Positions 48,592 to 59,700 of a stretch of 64,000 nt of DNA are shown here, one piece after another. Under the pieces are notes generated by a model. It had not been told where the DNA came from. It did no database searches and worked only from the letters and a program-made list of their open reading frames with translations. A program made the translations under genes and the position numbers. Position 1 is the stretch's first letter. Every line of letters begins with the position of its first letter. The stretch is from contig CBDCWI010000002.1 in the NCBI GenBank assembly GCA_965223325.1, forward strand, positions 3,968,001-4,032,000, read 5' to 3'. This DNA comes from Candidatus Multivoradales bacterium. Lineage in GTDB: Bacteria; Acidobacteriota; Thermoanaerobaculia; Multivoradales; Multivoraceae.

Positions 48592-49188
48592 GTGAAGACC
48601 TTCATCCACCCGCTGTCCTTGGCCTTTGTACTGGCTGTGGCGGTCCTGGTCGCTCTGCCCCTGGCCGCCGAAGTTCCCTCCGCCGACGTGCAGATCGCGG
48701 CCGCTCTGCAGGCCGCGCCGGCCGACCGGCGCGCCGAGGCCGGCGTCCTCGGCTATGACGAGTCCGGAAAGCTCGTGACCCTTCGCGCGGCCAAGAACGA
48801 CCTCATTTGCCTCGGCGACACCCCGGGCGACGACCGTTGGAGTGTCGCCTGCTACCACGAGTCGCTCGAGCCGTACATGGCCCGCGGTCGTGAGTTGAAT
48901 GCTGAGGGGGTCACCGGCAAGGAGCGCAACGACCTGCGCTGGAAAGAAATTGCCGACGGCAAGCTCGACATGCCACGCGAACCGCGCACCCTCTACGTCA
49001 TGAACGGCGACGGCTACGATAGCGACAAAGACGAGGTCGAGAACGCGTATGTTCGTTGGGTCATCTACATGCCCTATGCGACGCCGGAGTCCACCGGTCT
49101 GAGTGCCAAACCCGTCGAAGGAGCACCCTGGCTGATGTTCCCCGGCACAGCGGGTGCGCACGTGATGATCAATCCGCCGCGCCCTTGA
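48592..49188 (+). CDS. Hypothetical exported protein
   Basis: AGGAG RBS, signal peptide, GC3-rich coding pattern; VACYH and PWLM.PGT.GAHVMI segments. Confidence 0.75.
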   Translation: MKTFIHPLSLAFVLAVAVLVALPLAAEVPSADVQIAAALQAAPADRRAEAGVLGYDESGKLVTLRAAKNDLICLGDTPGDDRWSVACYHESLEPYMARGRELNAEGVTGKERNDLRWKEIADGKLDMPREPRTLYVMNGDGYDSDKDEVENAYVRWVIYMPYATPESTGLSAKPVEGAPWLMFPGTAGAHVMINPPRP

Positions 49189-50219
49189 AGGTCGGCACAA
49201 CGCTTCCGCAGGCGCGCCTGCCGGAAGTCGCGGCTGCCGCACAGAAGGCCGAGCAGGACGGCTACGACGGCGTCGTCACCCTCGACAACCGCCACGAGCC
49301 GTTCCTGGCTCTCGGCATCGCCGCCGTCAACACCAAGCGCCTGGGACTGGCCACCGGCATCGCGGTGGCGTTCCCGCGCAGCCCAATGGTGGTGGCGATG
49401 ACCGCTTGGGATCTGCAGGCAGCGTCCGGCGGGCGTTTCTCTCTCGGCCTCGGGAGCCAGATCAAGCCGCATATCGAACGCCGCTTCAGCACACCCTGGA
49501 GCGCGCCAGCTCCGCGCATGCGCGAGTACATCGAAAGTCTGCGCGCGATCTGGCATGCGTGGTCAACCAGCGAGAAGCTCGACTACCAGGGGAAGTACTA
49601 CAAGTTCTCCTTGATGACCCCCAACTTCACGCCCGAAGCCCTCGCCGGACCCCCTCCTCCGATCTCCGTTGCAGCCGTCGGTCCACGCATGCTCGAGATG
49701 GCCGCAGCCTGTTCAGACGGAGTGCGCCTCCACGCGTTCAACACCCGTACCTACCTCGAACAAACCGTCATGCCGATTCTCGACAGAGGCCTCGAGGCCC
49801 GCGGGATGGACCGTTCGCAGTTCGAAGTCTCGGGCGGTGGGTTCCTCTGCACCGGCCCAGACGACGAAGCCGTGGATTCTCGTCTCGACTGGATCAGGAA
49901 ACGCGTCGGCTTCTACGGCTCCACCCCGTCGTACTGGCCGGTGCTGGCTGCGCACGGCAAGGAAGACCTCGGCCGCGAGCTCAGGCAACTGACCCGCGAA
50001 GGCAAGTGGGACGAGCTCCCCCGTCGTGTCGACGACGACACCGTACGGCTCTTCGCCGCGGTCGGCCGCCATGACGAGATTGAGGGCGCGGTGCGCGAGC
50101 GTTTCGGCGGTCTGGTCGATGCGATCGGCGCCAGCGCGTCAGCTGACATTCCAGGCGACCTTCCGCCTGGCTTGATAGAGGACCTGCAGGCGATTCCCAC
50201 GCGGAGAGGGGCGCAGTAG
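49185..50219 (+). CDS. Luciferase-like (LLM) oxidoreductase, probably F420-dependent (TIGR03617-like)
   Basis: HEPFL, AFPRSPM..A..AWDL, GRFSLGLGSQIK.HIERRF, FYGSTPSY. TTG 49185 overlaps the upstream TGA. Confidence 0.85.
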   Translation: MKVGTTLPQARLPEVAAAAQKAEQDGYDGVVTLDNRHEPFLALGIAAVNTKRLGLATGIAVAFPRSPMVVAMTAWDLQAASGGRFSLGLGSQIKPHIERRFSTPWSAPAPRMREYIESLRAIWHAWSTSEKLDYQGKYYKFSLMTPNFTPEALAGPPPPISVAAVGPRMLEMAAACSDGVRLHAFNTRTYLEQTVMPILDRGLEARGMDRSQFEVSGGGFLCTGPDDEAVDSRLDWIRKRVGFYGSTPSYWPVLAAHGKEDLGRELRQLTREGKWDELPRRVDDDTVRLFAAVGRHDEIEGAVRERFGGLVDAIGASASADIPGDLPPGLIEDLQAIPTRRGAQ

Positions 50220-50271
50220 CCCGTCGGTGGCAGTGACGCCGTCAAAAGGCTCGGGGCGTAGGGGCCAGGCG

Positions 50272-51738
50272 TCACTCGCCCGCCGTGCCCTCACGAATGG
50301 AGTACAGGTGGCCGCGGGTCCTGATCAAGAGCCGGTCTCCGACCAGAGCCGGTGTTGCGAGAACCATTTCATCGAGCGGGTTTTCGCCCAGCTGCTCGAA
50401 CTCGTCGCCGGTCCCGAATACGAAGGTGGTGCCCTCTTCGTCGATCGCGAAAATGCGGTCGCGGTAGGCCCAGGGTGAGGAGGTGAAGGCACCGGCTGAG
50501 CCTTCGACTCGGGCGCGGTAGAGGCGCTCTCCGGTCGATGCGTCGTAGCGCGCAAAGATGCCGCGGTCGTAGACCACCCATAGCGAGTCGCCCATCGCTA
50601 CTGGGGTGGGGATGTAGGTCCCGGCGACGCGGTTGTAGAAGACGACGTGCTCACTTTTTGTCTTGTTGTCTGCCAAGGTGAGGTCGCCAGAGGCTCCTGG
50701 GCGGATGGCGGCGATTGGGCGATTCTCGTCGCCGTGCACTCCGGAGACGAGGTAGAGCAGACCGTTGTGGGCGAATGGGCTTGGTGCCGGCAGGATGGAG
50801 TGCCCCGACATCCGCCAGAGTTCTCGGCCTTCGAGGTCGTAGCTGACGACTGTGTAGGGGCCCTGAGTGACGAGCTCGGTGCGGTCTTTGGACTTCCACA
50901 GGAAAGGTGTTGTCCAACCGCTGCGGCGGATGGGCTGGCTCGGTGGTGCGAGCTCGCGCTTGGTGCGCCAGAGTTCTTTGCCGTCTCGGACGTTGAAGGC
51001 GGCAACGAATTGCTCCTCCTGGTTGTCGTTGAGGATGAACAGTCTGTCGCCCTCGAGGGCCGGCGAGCCACCGGTGCCGAAGTCGAGGTAGACCGGGTGG
51101 GCTTCGAGCAGGGTCGACCAGTTCTGTTTCCCGTCGAAGGTGTAGGACCACAGGCCGAGGTTGCCGACGTAGATGTAGACGTTCTCGCCGTCGCTGATAG
51201 GTGTTTCCGAGGTGTAGGAGTTCTTGCGGTGCCGCCCGCCGGGTGGCGGTCCGGCGTGGAACCTCTGGCGCCAGAGTTCTTTGCCGCTCTCGAGGTCATA
51301 GGAGAGCAGCCAATACTCGAGCTCGATCTCGTCGGGCATCTCCATGTCGCGCTCTTCGAGCTTGGCGATCGCCTCTTCCTGGCTCAGTCCGTCCTTCATG
51401 AGCTCGGCCAGGTAGTCGTTGCTGTACTCGGTGCCAATCTCCGGCGGCTTCATCGCTGTCTTGCTGGTTGCGGTGGTCAAGAAGACATGGCCCCGGACGA
51501 CGATCGGTGAAGACCACCCCATGCCGGGCACTTCCGTTTTCCACTCGACGTTCTCGGTCGTCGACCAGGTGAGCGGTAGATCCTTATTCGCCGAAACGCG
51601 GTTGGCGTTCTGGCCACGGAAGCCCGGCCAGTCGGTGGTGTCGTCTTCGGCTGGCGCTGCGAGCAGAGTCGCGGGGGCAAGAAGCAGACACAGTGAGGCG
51701 ACCAGGAGGGGCGCTCCGAGCTTGCGTAGGGTGAGCAT
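50272..51738 (-). CDS. Exported PQQ-binding-like beta-propeller protein
   Basis: DWPGFRG, WS...NV.WK..VPG.GWSSPIV, repeated G..LW motifs, ATPA. Confidence 0.85.
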   Translation of the reverse strand: MLTLRKLGAPLLVASLCLLLAPATLLAAPAEDDTTDWPGFRGQNANRVSANKDLPLTWSTTENVEWKTEVPGMGWSSPIVVRGHVFLTTATSKTAMKPPEIGTEYSNDYLAELMKDGLSQEEAIAKLEERDMEMPDEIELEYWLLSYDLESGKELWRQRFHAGPPPGGRHRKNSYTSETPISDGENVYIYVGNLGLWSYTFDGKQNWSTLLEAHPVYLDFGTGGSPALEGDRLFILNDNQEEQFVAAFNVRDGKELWRTKRELAPPSQPIRRSGWTTPFLWKSKDRTELVTQGPYTVVSYDLEGRELWRMSGHSILPAPSPFAHNGLLYLVSGVHGDENRPIAAIRPGASGDLTLADNKTKSEHVVFYNRVAGTYIPTPVAMGDSLWVVYDRGIFARYDASTGERLYRARVEGSAGAFTSSPWAYRDRIFAIDEEGTTFVFGTGDEFEQLGENPLDEMVLATPALVGDRLLIRTRGHLYSIREGTAGE

Positions 51739-51788
51739 TCACACAGGTTATCGGCTCGCGATAGAGCCGGCCGCATAAACTCCGAATC

Positions 51789-53477
51789 GTGAAGATGTTT
51801 GCGGGCGAGATCGCCTCGATTCTTGCTACCAAGGGCCAGCGGCCCCGTATCGGTGTTCTGGTGCGGTTCGTGATCACCCTCCTGGTGATGGTGAGCGTCT
51901 ATGCCGTTGTCTTCCGCTTCCTGATGGCGCGCGAGGGTCAGGATCAGACCTGGGTGACTTCGTTCTATTGGGTGCTGACCGTGATGTCGACGCTTGGCTT
52001 TGGCGACATTACGTTTCATACCGACGCCGGCCGGCTGTTCTCGATGCTGGTGTTGGCGAGCGGCATGCTTTTTCTGCTCGTGTTGCTGCCGTTTCTCTTC
52101 ATCGAGTTCTTCTACCAACCTTGGCTGGCGTCGCAGAGTGCGTCGCGAACGCCGCGGGTGCTCAAACCGGGGACTCGGGGTCACGTCATCATCACCCACT
52201 TCGATGCGGTGACCGCGGCGCTCATCGAACGGCTCGACCGCTACCACCAGCGCTATGCACTTCTGGTGGCTGATGCCGAGGAGGCGCTGCGCCTGTATGA
52301 CCATGGCTACAAGGTTGTCGTGGGGGAGTTCGACAACCCCGAGACCTACCGCGACCTTCGAGTGGATGGCGCGGCTTTGGTAGTCGCGACGGGAACCGAT
52401 CCTGAGAACACTCTGGTTGCGTCGACGGTTCTTGGTGTCGCCGAGGCGACGCGGGTGGTCGCGACTGCGGACGACGCGGCTTCGATCGACATCTTGACGC
52501 TCGCCGGTTGCCGGGACGTGATTCACCTGCCGAGTCTCATGGCGTCGTCGTTGGCGCGACGGGTCGGTGGCGATCGCTGTACGCACACCATCGGCGCCTT
52601 CGGTGAGCTGCACATCGCAGAGGTCAATGTCGACGGCACCGAGCTGGTCGGTAGAACGATCCGCGAGAGCGGCGTGCGCCAGAAGACCGGTCTCGGCATC
52701 GTCGGCGTTTGGGATCGGGGTGCCTTCGAACCCGCGATGCCTGATGTGGTCATCACGGAGGGGTCGGTGCTGCTGCTTGCCGGAACCGCACAACAGCTCG
52801 CCAGCTACGACGAGGTGTTCGGCCACCGTGACGAGCCCGACGGGTTGGTCCTGGTGATCGGCGGCGGGCGGGTCGGGCGGCTGACTTCGCGCGTGCTCAC
52901 CGGGCGCCGCATCGCGCACCGGGTGGTCGAGCGCGATGCGACGCGCCCCGGACAAACCGAGCACTGGGTGATCGGCAACGCGGCCGAGCTCAGCGTTCTG
53001 AGAGAGGCAGGCATCGACGAGGCCTCGACGGTGATCATTACCACCCACGATGACGACATGAACGTCTATCTGACGCTCTACTGTCGCAAGCTACGGGAGT
53101 CGGCGAAGATCCTGAGCCGCGCGACGGACCAGCGCAATGTCGCTTCGATTCATCGTGCGGGGGCCGACTTCGTGCTTTCTTACGCTTCAATGGGTGCGGG
53201 TGCGCTGTTCAACTCGCTCGATCTTGGGTCGGTGATGGATGTCGCCGAAGGCCTGGTGTTGTTTAGGAGAAGGGTGCCTGATGGGATTCACGGCAAGCTT
53301 CTCCGCGACAGTGCCATCCGCCAGCGAGTCGGCGCGACGGTGGTTGCCCTCGAGCACTCCGACGGCAGGCGAGAGATCAGTCCACCCGCTGAAACTCTCC
53401 TCAAGCGCTCACAGCGCCTCATTCTGGTGGGCAGTCCCGAGAACGAGCAGCGCTTCGTCGACGAGTTCTCCGCCTAG
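51789..53477 (+). CDS. Potassium channel protein with tandem TrkA-N/TrkA-C (RCK) domains
   Basis: TVMSTLGFGDI pore motif, IGGGRVG, two RCK repeats. Confidence 0.9.
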   Translation: MKMFAGEIASILATKGQRPRIGVLVRFVITLLVMVSVYAVVFRFLMAREGQDQTWVTSFYWVLTVMSTLGFGDITFHTDAGRLFSMLVLASGMLFLLVLLPFLFIEFFYQPWLASQSASRTPRVLKPGTRGHVIITHFDAVTAALIERLDRYHQRYALLVADAEEALRLYDHGYKVVVGEFDNPETYRDLRVDGAALVVATGTDPENTLVASTVLGVAEATRVVATADDAASIDILTLAGCRDVIHLPSLMASSLARRVGGDRCTHTIGAFGELHIAEVNVDGTELVGRTIRESGVRQKTGLGIVGVWDRGAFEPAMPDVVITEGSVLLLAGTAQQLASYDEVFGHRDEPDGLVLVIGGGRVGRLTSRVLTGRRIAHRVVERDATRPGQTEHWVIGNAAELSVLREAGIDEASTVIITTHDDDMNVYLTLYCRKLRESAKILSRATDQRNVASIHRAGADFVLSYASMGAGALFNSLDLGSVMDVAEGLVLFRRRVPDGIHGKLLRDSAIRQRVGATVVALEHSDGRREISPPAETLLKRSQRLILVGSPENEQRFVDEFSA

Positions 53478-53526
53478 GCCCGCCTGGAGAAGGGCTCCGA
53501 GATCTGCTCGCGGCCTGCGTTGGGGA

Positions 53527-53555
53527 TTGACTTCCGACCGGTCGGAACTTAGGAT
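53527..53555 (+). promoter_or_regulatory. sigma70 promoter with an embedded palindromic TetR operator
   Basis: TTGACT-17 nt-TAGGAT; perfect 16-bp palindrome TTCCGACCGGTCGGAA at 53532-53547. Confidence 0.75.
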
Positions 53556-53607
53556 TCCTTGGCTCTGGACTGGCCGATTCTGGCCGGTCTTCGGTCCCCC
53601 TCCCTCC

Positions 53608-54243
53608 ATGTCGCAAGTCCAACCCAGTTCCTCCGATCCGACCCCGCGTGAGCGTTTGCATGCCGAGGCGTTGGCCCTGTTTGCCGAGCGTGGCTACGCC
53701 GGCGCTTCGATGGCGGAGCTGGCGCGTCGCCTGGCGATTCGCAAGCCGAGTCTCTACAACTACATCGACTCCAAGGAAGACCTGCTCGCCGAGCTGGTGG
53801 AGTCGTCGCTCGAGCGCTGGGAAGAGCGGGCAATCTCGGCGCTCGAAGGCGAGGGCGATCCGGAGACGTTGCTGCGGCTTCACTTCGAGGCGATTCTGCG
53901 CTTCGCAGCGTCGAATCGCTCGGCCGTGGCGTTGATCGAACTGGCCGATCGCCACCTCGACGCGCCAGTGGCCGAGCGCGTGCGGCGGCTTCTCTCGGAG
54001 CATCGCGGGCACTACCAGGAGCGCATGCGGCTGTTCTTCGCGGACGCGCAGCAGGCAGGTGTGGTCGACGGGGATCCTGAAGCGCTCCTCGCCTTCTGGT
54101 TCGTGGTGCTCGAGGGTTCTTTGATGACGGAGCTGCGGAGCCTTCCGGACGACCCGGCGCACGAGGTGGCAACGAAACCGCCGCAGGATGTCCCCTGGCG
54201 GTTCGTCTGGCGAGCCCTTTCTGGTCGGGAGCCGGCGTCATGA
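53608..54243 (+). CDS. TetR/AcrR family transcriptional regulator
   Basis: ALALFAERGY...SM.ELA..L.I.KPSLYNY..SKEDL. Start reassigned to ATG 53608. Confidence 0.9.
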   Translation: MSQVQPSSSDPTPRERLHAEALALFAERGYAGASMAELARRLAIRKPSLYNYIDSKEDLLAELVESSLERWEERAISALEGEGDPETLLRLHFEAILRFAASNRSAVALIELADRHLDAPVAERVRRLLSEHRGHYQERMRLFFADAQQAGVVDGDPEALLAFWFVVLEGSLMTELRSLPDDPAHEVATKPPQDVPWRFVWRALSGREPAS

Positions 54244-55655
54244 GGTTTTGCCTTCGACCATCGACTCCTCTCGTCTGGGTGCTCCTGTTCGCTTGCCTGC
54301 TTCTTGCTGTCGGCCGACTCGGGGCGGACGAGACCGTCGAGCGCATCGACCTCGAGCGCGCTGTTGCCCTGGCACTCGAGCGAAACGCCGGACTCCAAAC
54401 CGCGGTTGAACGGCGCAATGAAGTGGTTGCTGGGATGCGCGACGCGAAGTCACAGGCCTGGCCGCAGTTCAACCTGGTTTCAGGATGGACGCGCTCGCAG
54501 AACCCGTCGCTGCTCAACAGTCCAGACTTCAGCGAGTTTCTCGAGAACTTTCCTGGCGGGGAGTTCTCGCCGCGCGAGCAGGAGTTGTGGAACATCTCGC
54601 TCGAAGTGCGGCAACTGATCTACAACTTCGGCAAGCTGCAGTCGGGCCTGGAGCTGGCGCGCGTTGTGGTCGAGTTCACCGAAGCCCAGATCGATGCGGC
54701 TCGCCTCGAGACGGCGCGCCAGGCAGCGATTGCCTACTACCGCGCGCTCCAGGCCGCGGAGTCGGCGACGGTGATCGAGATTCAGGAGCGCACCCGCCTG
54801 GAAGCGCTCGAGCTCGTCGAGGCGCGCTATGACCTGCGGGAAGCTACGGAGCTCGAGCGCCTGCGCGCGGAGGCTTCGTTGGCCGAAGTGCGCCCGACGG
54901 TGGCCAGACTGCGCGGCAATATCGACGTCAGTGAGAGTGCGCTGCGCTACGTCCTGGGCCTGGAGGCGGCAACGCCGCTCGAACTCGTGGATCTCCGAGA
55001 TCCCACACCGCGGGACCTACCAGAGCTCGAAGAGCTGCTCGAGATCGCGCTGTCGAATCGGCCCGAGGTGCGCGACTTGAACCGCCAGTCCTATGCGCTC
55101 GATCTTCAAAAAGAAGTCGTCGCCGCCGACGCACGGCCTGAGATCAACCTCTACGGGCGTTATGGACGGCAGGCGCGGTTGATCGACGACCTCGAAGACC
55201 CCCTATTCGCTGACTGGTTGGTGAACCTCGGTCTGTCCTGGAGCCTGTTCGATGGCGGTGCCCGCAAAGCGCAAATCGGCGCGCTCGACAGTCAATCGCG
55301 TCAGATCGATTGGCAGCTACGCGATCTCAGGAGTCGTATCGCCCTCGACCTCGAAACCGCGATCGCCGAGTACCAGACCGCCGTCTTTACCTGGCGGGCG
55401 AGCGAGACGGCAGCCTCGGCCGCCGCCGAAGCGGCGCGGGTGGCGGAGCAGTCCTACCGCCAGGGGGTGGCGCTCCAAACCGACTGGCTCGATGCGCAGG
55501 AGCTCGAGACCACCTCGCGGGTGCGGGCGGTGGAGAGTTCCTTCGAGGTTCTGGTGCGCGAGTCGGATCTCCTGGTCGCGCTCGGCCTGTACCCAACAGC
55601 CTCGTGGGATGACCTCGGGAGCAGCCCCTTCCTCAGTCCGGAGACCCCCGAATGA
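54240..55655 (+). CDS. TolC-family outer membrane factor
   Basis: Signal peptide, duplicated OEP repeats (ALERN / ALSNRPE, LFDGG). Confidence 0.9.
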   Translation: MRFCLRPSTPLVWVLLFACLLLAVGRLGADETVERIDLERAVALALERNAGLQTAVERRNEVVAGMRDAKSQAWPQFNLVSGWTRSQNPSLLNSPDFSEFLENFPGGEFSPREQELWNISLEVRQLIYNFGKLQSGLELARVVVEFTEAQIDAARLETARQAAIAYYRALQAAESATVIEIQERTRLEALELVEARYDLREATELERLRAEASLAEVRPTVARLRGNIDVSESALRYVLGLEAATPLELVDLRDPTPRDLPELEELLEIALSNRPEVRDLNRQSYALDLQKEVVAADARPEINLYGRYGRQARLIDDLEDPLFADWLVNLGLSWSLFDGGARKAQIGALDSQSRQIDWQLRDLRSRIALDLETAIAEYQTAVFTWRASETAASAAAEAARVAEQSYRQGVALQTDWLDAQELETTSRVRAVESSFEVLVRESDLLVALGLYPTASWDDLGSSPFLSPETPE

Positions 55656-56758
55656 TCGCCCGCCTGCTGACTTTCCTCTTTGTGTTTGCACTCATTTCGG
55701 GAATCGCTGCCTGCGGTGGCGAACCCGAAAGCACGGCAACCGACGACTCGGCGACCGCAATCGAGACTCCACCAACGAGGGTCAAGGTTCGCCAGCCCGA
55801 CCAGGAAGATGCGGTTGTTCTGGTGGAACTGCCGGCCGATCTGAAACCGCGCCGCCGCGCGACCCTGGCGGCAGAAGTCCCGGGCAAAGTCGAGGCGCTC
55901 CACTTCGACGAGTCGAGTGTCGTGGGCGCGGGCAGGGAGCTCGCGCAAATCGACACCCGCGCCCTCGAACAACAGGTTGCCGAAGCACAGGCGATGGCGC
56001 GCCAGAGCAAGATTGCCTTCGATACGGCCGAGAAACTGTTCGAGCAGCGCACGATCACCAACACACAGATGCTCGAAGCGACCACCGCGCGCGATGTCGC
56101 AGAGGCGCGCCTGCGCTCTGCCGAGTTGCAGCTTTCGAAGTCGGTCCTGCGCGCACCCTGGCGGGGAAGAGTGGGCAAGAAGTACGTCGAGGTCGGCGAC
56201 TTCGTCTCACCGGGTCAACCTGTTGCCGAACTCCTCGACACGCGAAGGCTCGAGGTTCATGCGCCTGCTCCGGCATCCTCCGTGCCGACCCTGGCAGCCG
56301 GTCTTTCTGTCGAGCTGCGCATCGACGGCTACGCAGGCCAGACGTTTCCAGCCACGATCACCCGGCTCGGGACAGAGCTCGACGCGGCCACCCGCACACT
56401 CGATGTCATTGCCGACCTCGACAACTCGGCGGGCCACCTGCGACCCGGCATGACCGCTCGCATGGTGGTGCCACGCGAACGGATCGCGGGCGCGTTGCTG
56501 GTACCGCTCGACGCTTTCATCGAAGTGGGTGACGAGACGGTGGTTTATGTGGTCGACACCAGCAGTCGGGTGCCCGTCGCTAGCCAGCGCAAGGTCGAGC
56601 TCGGGCCAGTGATTGGAGAGCGGGTGGTCGTCACATCGGGTCTCGAGCCCACCGACCAGGTGATCGTTGAAGGTCGGTTCCAGGTCGCCGAAGGGCAGCG
56701 CGTCGACCCTGAGATCGAAGCGCCGGAACCTCTAGTGGCGGGAGTTCCCGAGTCGTGA
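55652..56758 (+). CDS. RND periplasmic adaptor (membrane fusion protein), lipoprotein
   Basis: IAAC lipobox, AEVPGKV, RAPW.G.V, LRPGM, SGL..TD.VIVEG. Confidence 0.9.
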   Translation: MIARLLTFLFVFALISGIAACGGEPESTATDDSATAIETPPTRVKVRQPDQEDAVVLVELPADLKPRRRATLAAEVPGKVEALHFDESSVVGAGRELAQIDTRALEQQVAEAQAMARQSKIAFDTAEKLFEQRTITNTQMLEATTARDVAEARLRSAELQLSKSVLRAPWRGRVGKKYVEVGDFVSPGQPVAELLDTRRLEVHAPAPASSVPTLAAGLSVELRIDGYAGQTFPATITRLGTELDAATRTLDVIADLDNSAGHLRPGMTARMVVPRERIAGALLVPLDAFIEVGDETVVYVVDTSSRVPVASQRKVELGPVIGERVVVTSGLEPTDQVIVEGRFQVAEGQRVDPEIEAPEPLVAGVPES

Positions 56759-59700
56759 CGCTGACTGGCATCTCTCTTCGTCACCGCACGACGGTCTTCT
56801 TCTTGATGACCGGTGTGTTCCTCCTCGGTGTGCTGGCCTATGCCGGTCTGCCACGTGAGAGCAATCCCGACGTCCAGATCCCCTATGTGCTGGTGATCAC
56901 GCCCTATCCGGGCGCTTCGCCGGTCGACGTCGAGCGCCAGGTGACCCAGCGCATCGAACGTGAGATCCAGGGCGTCGATGGTCTCGTGACCCTACGCTCG
57001 ACGTCGCTCGAAGGCGTCTCCTCGATCAACGCTGAGTTCGCCTCTGGCGGTGACGTCGATGCTGCGCTCCAGAAGGTGCGCGACCGCGTCGAGCGGGCGA
57101 AGCCCGACCTGCCGCGCGACGCCGAAGAGCCGATCGTCCAGGAGATCAACTTCTCGAACTTCCCGGTCTTGCAGCTCAACCTGGCTGGAGATGTCGGGCC
57201 GATGGTGCTCAAGCAGATCGCCGACCAGATGGAAGACGAGATCGAGGTCATCCCCGGGGTACTCGGGGTCGATGTGATCGGTGGCGTCGAACGGGAAGTT
57301 CAAGTCGACGTCGATCCCGAGCGATTGCGGCTCTATGGCCTTGCGCTGCGCGACGTGGTGGCGGCGGTTCAAGGCGAGAACGTTTCGGTCCCCGGCGGCT
57401 CGCTCGACCTCGGCGACCAGACGTTCTCGGTGCGGGTGCCCGGCGAGGTGACCGACCCGCTTGCCGTGGGTGATTTTGTGATTCGCGCTCCCGGTGGTTT
57501 GCCGGTTTTTGTGCGCGACGTCGCTCTGGTGCGCTTCGGCTGGAAGGATCGCTCTTCGTACTCGCGCATCAACGGGCGCGAGTCGGTAACGCTCTCGGTT
57601 CAGAAGCGCGCTGGCGCCAACGTCATCGAGACCGTCGGAGCGATCAAAGAGCTCGTCGATGAGCGTCGTCGGAGCTGGCCGGAGAGCGTCGAAGTTGCGG
57701 TGATGAGTGACGAGAGCGCTGAGATCGAGCGCATGATCGGCGACCTCGAGAACAACATTCTCTCGGGCCTGGTTCTCGTCGTGCTGGTCCTCATGTTCTT
57801 TCTCGGCTTACGAAACGCGTTCTTTGTTGGGTTGGCGATCCCGTTCTCGATGCTGGTCACCTTCGTGGTGCTCGATCTCTTCGGCCTGACCCTCAACATG
57901 ACGGTGCTCTTCGGCCTGGTGCTCTCGGTGGGCATGCTGGTTGACAACGCGGTGGTGGTGATCGAGAACATCTACCGCTACATCCAGGAAGGTGAAACGC
58001 CCTACGAGGCAGCCCGCCGGGGCACGCTCGAAGTCGGCGGTGCGGTGACCGTCTCGACGTTGACGACGGTGGGGGCCTTTCTACCGCTCGCCTTCTGGCC
58101 GGGGATCATGGGCCAGTTCATGCGCTACATGCCGATTACGGTTTCGATCGCTCTTTTGTCTTCGCTCCTGGTCGCGTTGACGGTCAACCCGGTTCTCTGC
58201 GCGGCATTCCTGCGTCGTGATGAGCGTCCCGAAGATGAACGCAAGAAGCCGCTCGCCGAACGGCTCGAAGAGCGCTTTCTGGTTCCCTACCGCAGGGTTC
58301 TAGAGCGTGCGCTGGCGCATCGAGCGCGGGTGATTCTTGGGACCTTTGCTCTTTTCGCTCTGGTTCTGGTGTTGTTTGGCTTCTTCAACCACGGGGTGGA
58401 GTTCGTTCCCGAAACCGACCCATCACGTATCTGGATCGATGTGGACGCGCCACCAGGTACGCGCCTGGAGCGCACCGATGAGCGCCTCCAGGAGCTGGCG
58501 TCGCGCCTCGGGGGCCTTCCAGACGTTTCCTTCCTCGCCAGCGCCAGCGGTGCCGGCAGTCAGAACGATGCCTCACGGCCATCGCAGATCGGCGGCAACG
58601 ACGGTGGCGCCGGCGACTCGAACGTCGGGCGCCTTTCGATCGAGCTCGAGCCGCTCGAAGAACGAACACAGAACTCCAATCTAACGATGGACGAAGCGCG
58701 CCGGCAGGTCGAGGGCGCCCCCGGGGTCGAGATCGAGATCAGCCGTAAGACCCAGGGGCCGCCTACCGGTGATGCCGTCGCACTCGAGATCTATGGGCCA
58801 GACTTCGCGACTCTGGGCCAACTCGCCGAGCGTATCCAGCAGAAGGTGGCCGACATCCCCGGCGTATTGGCCTCAGACGATGACTTCGATCTTGCCCGCC
58901 CCGAGTTGCGCATCCAGGTCGACCGCACGCGTGCCGCGCGTCTGGGAATCTCGACCGGAGTTGTCGCCTCGACGATTCGTACCGCGGTCAACGGCACCGA
59001 AGCTTCGACCTTTAGACAGGGCGACGACGACATCGACATCACCGTGCGACTAGCCGAGGCCTTCCGCGACTCGATCGAAGACCTCGAAGGTCTGACCGTC
59101 GCCAGCAATGAGGGGCAGCTCATTCCGTTGGGCGAGATCGCCACCGTCGAACGAAGCGTTGCGTTGCCAGCGATCAACCGCAAGGATCGCCAGCGGGTCG
59201 TGACGTTGACCGCCGAAGTGGCGTCAACTCGCGTTGTCGGGCCGGTGCGTGAAGAAACTCTGCGGCGGATCAACGCAGACCCGGCGTTTCTGCCGCACGG
59301 CTACTCGGTGGGATGGGGTGGCCAGAACGAGATGGAAGAGGAAGCCCGCGGTTTTCTTGGCTGGGCCTTTCTCTACGGGGTGCTTCTGGTCATGGCACTG
59401 ATTCTCGCCAAGTTCGACTCCTTCGCGATGCCCGCGATCATTTCGACATCGGTTTTCATGTCCTTGATCGGTGTCTTCCTCGGTCTACTGGTCACCGGCC
59501 TACCATTCGGCATGATCATGACGTCAGTTGGCGTGATCTCTCTGGCTGGCATCGTCGTCAACAATGCGATCGTGCTGCTCGACTACGGCGAACAACTCGT
59601 CGAACGTGGCTTCTCGCGTTCCGAGATCGTTATGCGCACCGGCATGCGGCGCGCGCGCCCGGTGGTTCTCACGGCGGTGACCACGATTCTCGGCCTCATC

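Noticed and set aside
48460-49242. Track N-terminal extension of the M36 peptidase (1359 aa)
   Set aside because: It is the antisense shadow of the plus-strand gene 48592-49188; the signal peptide begins at ATG 48459.
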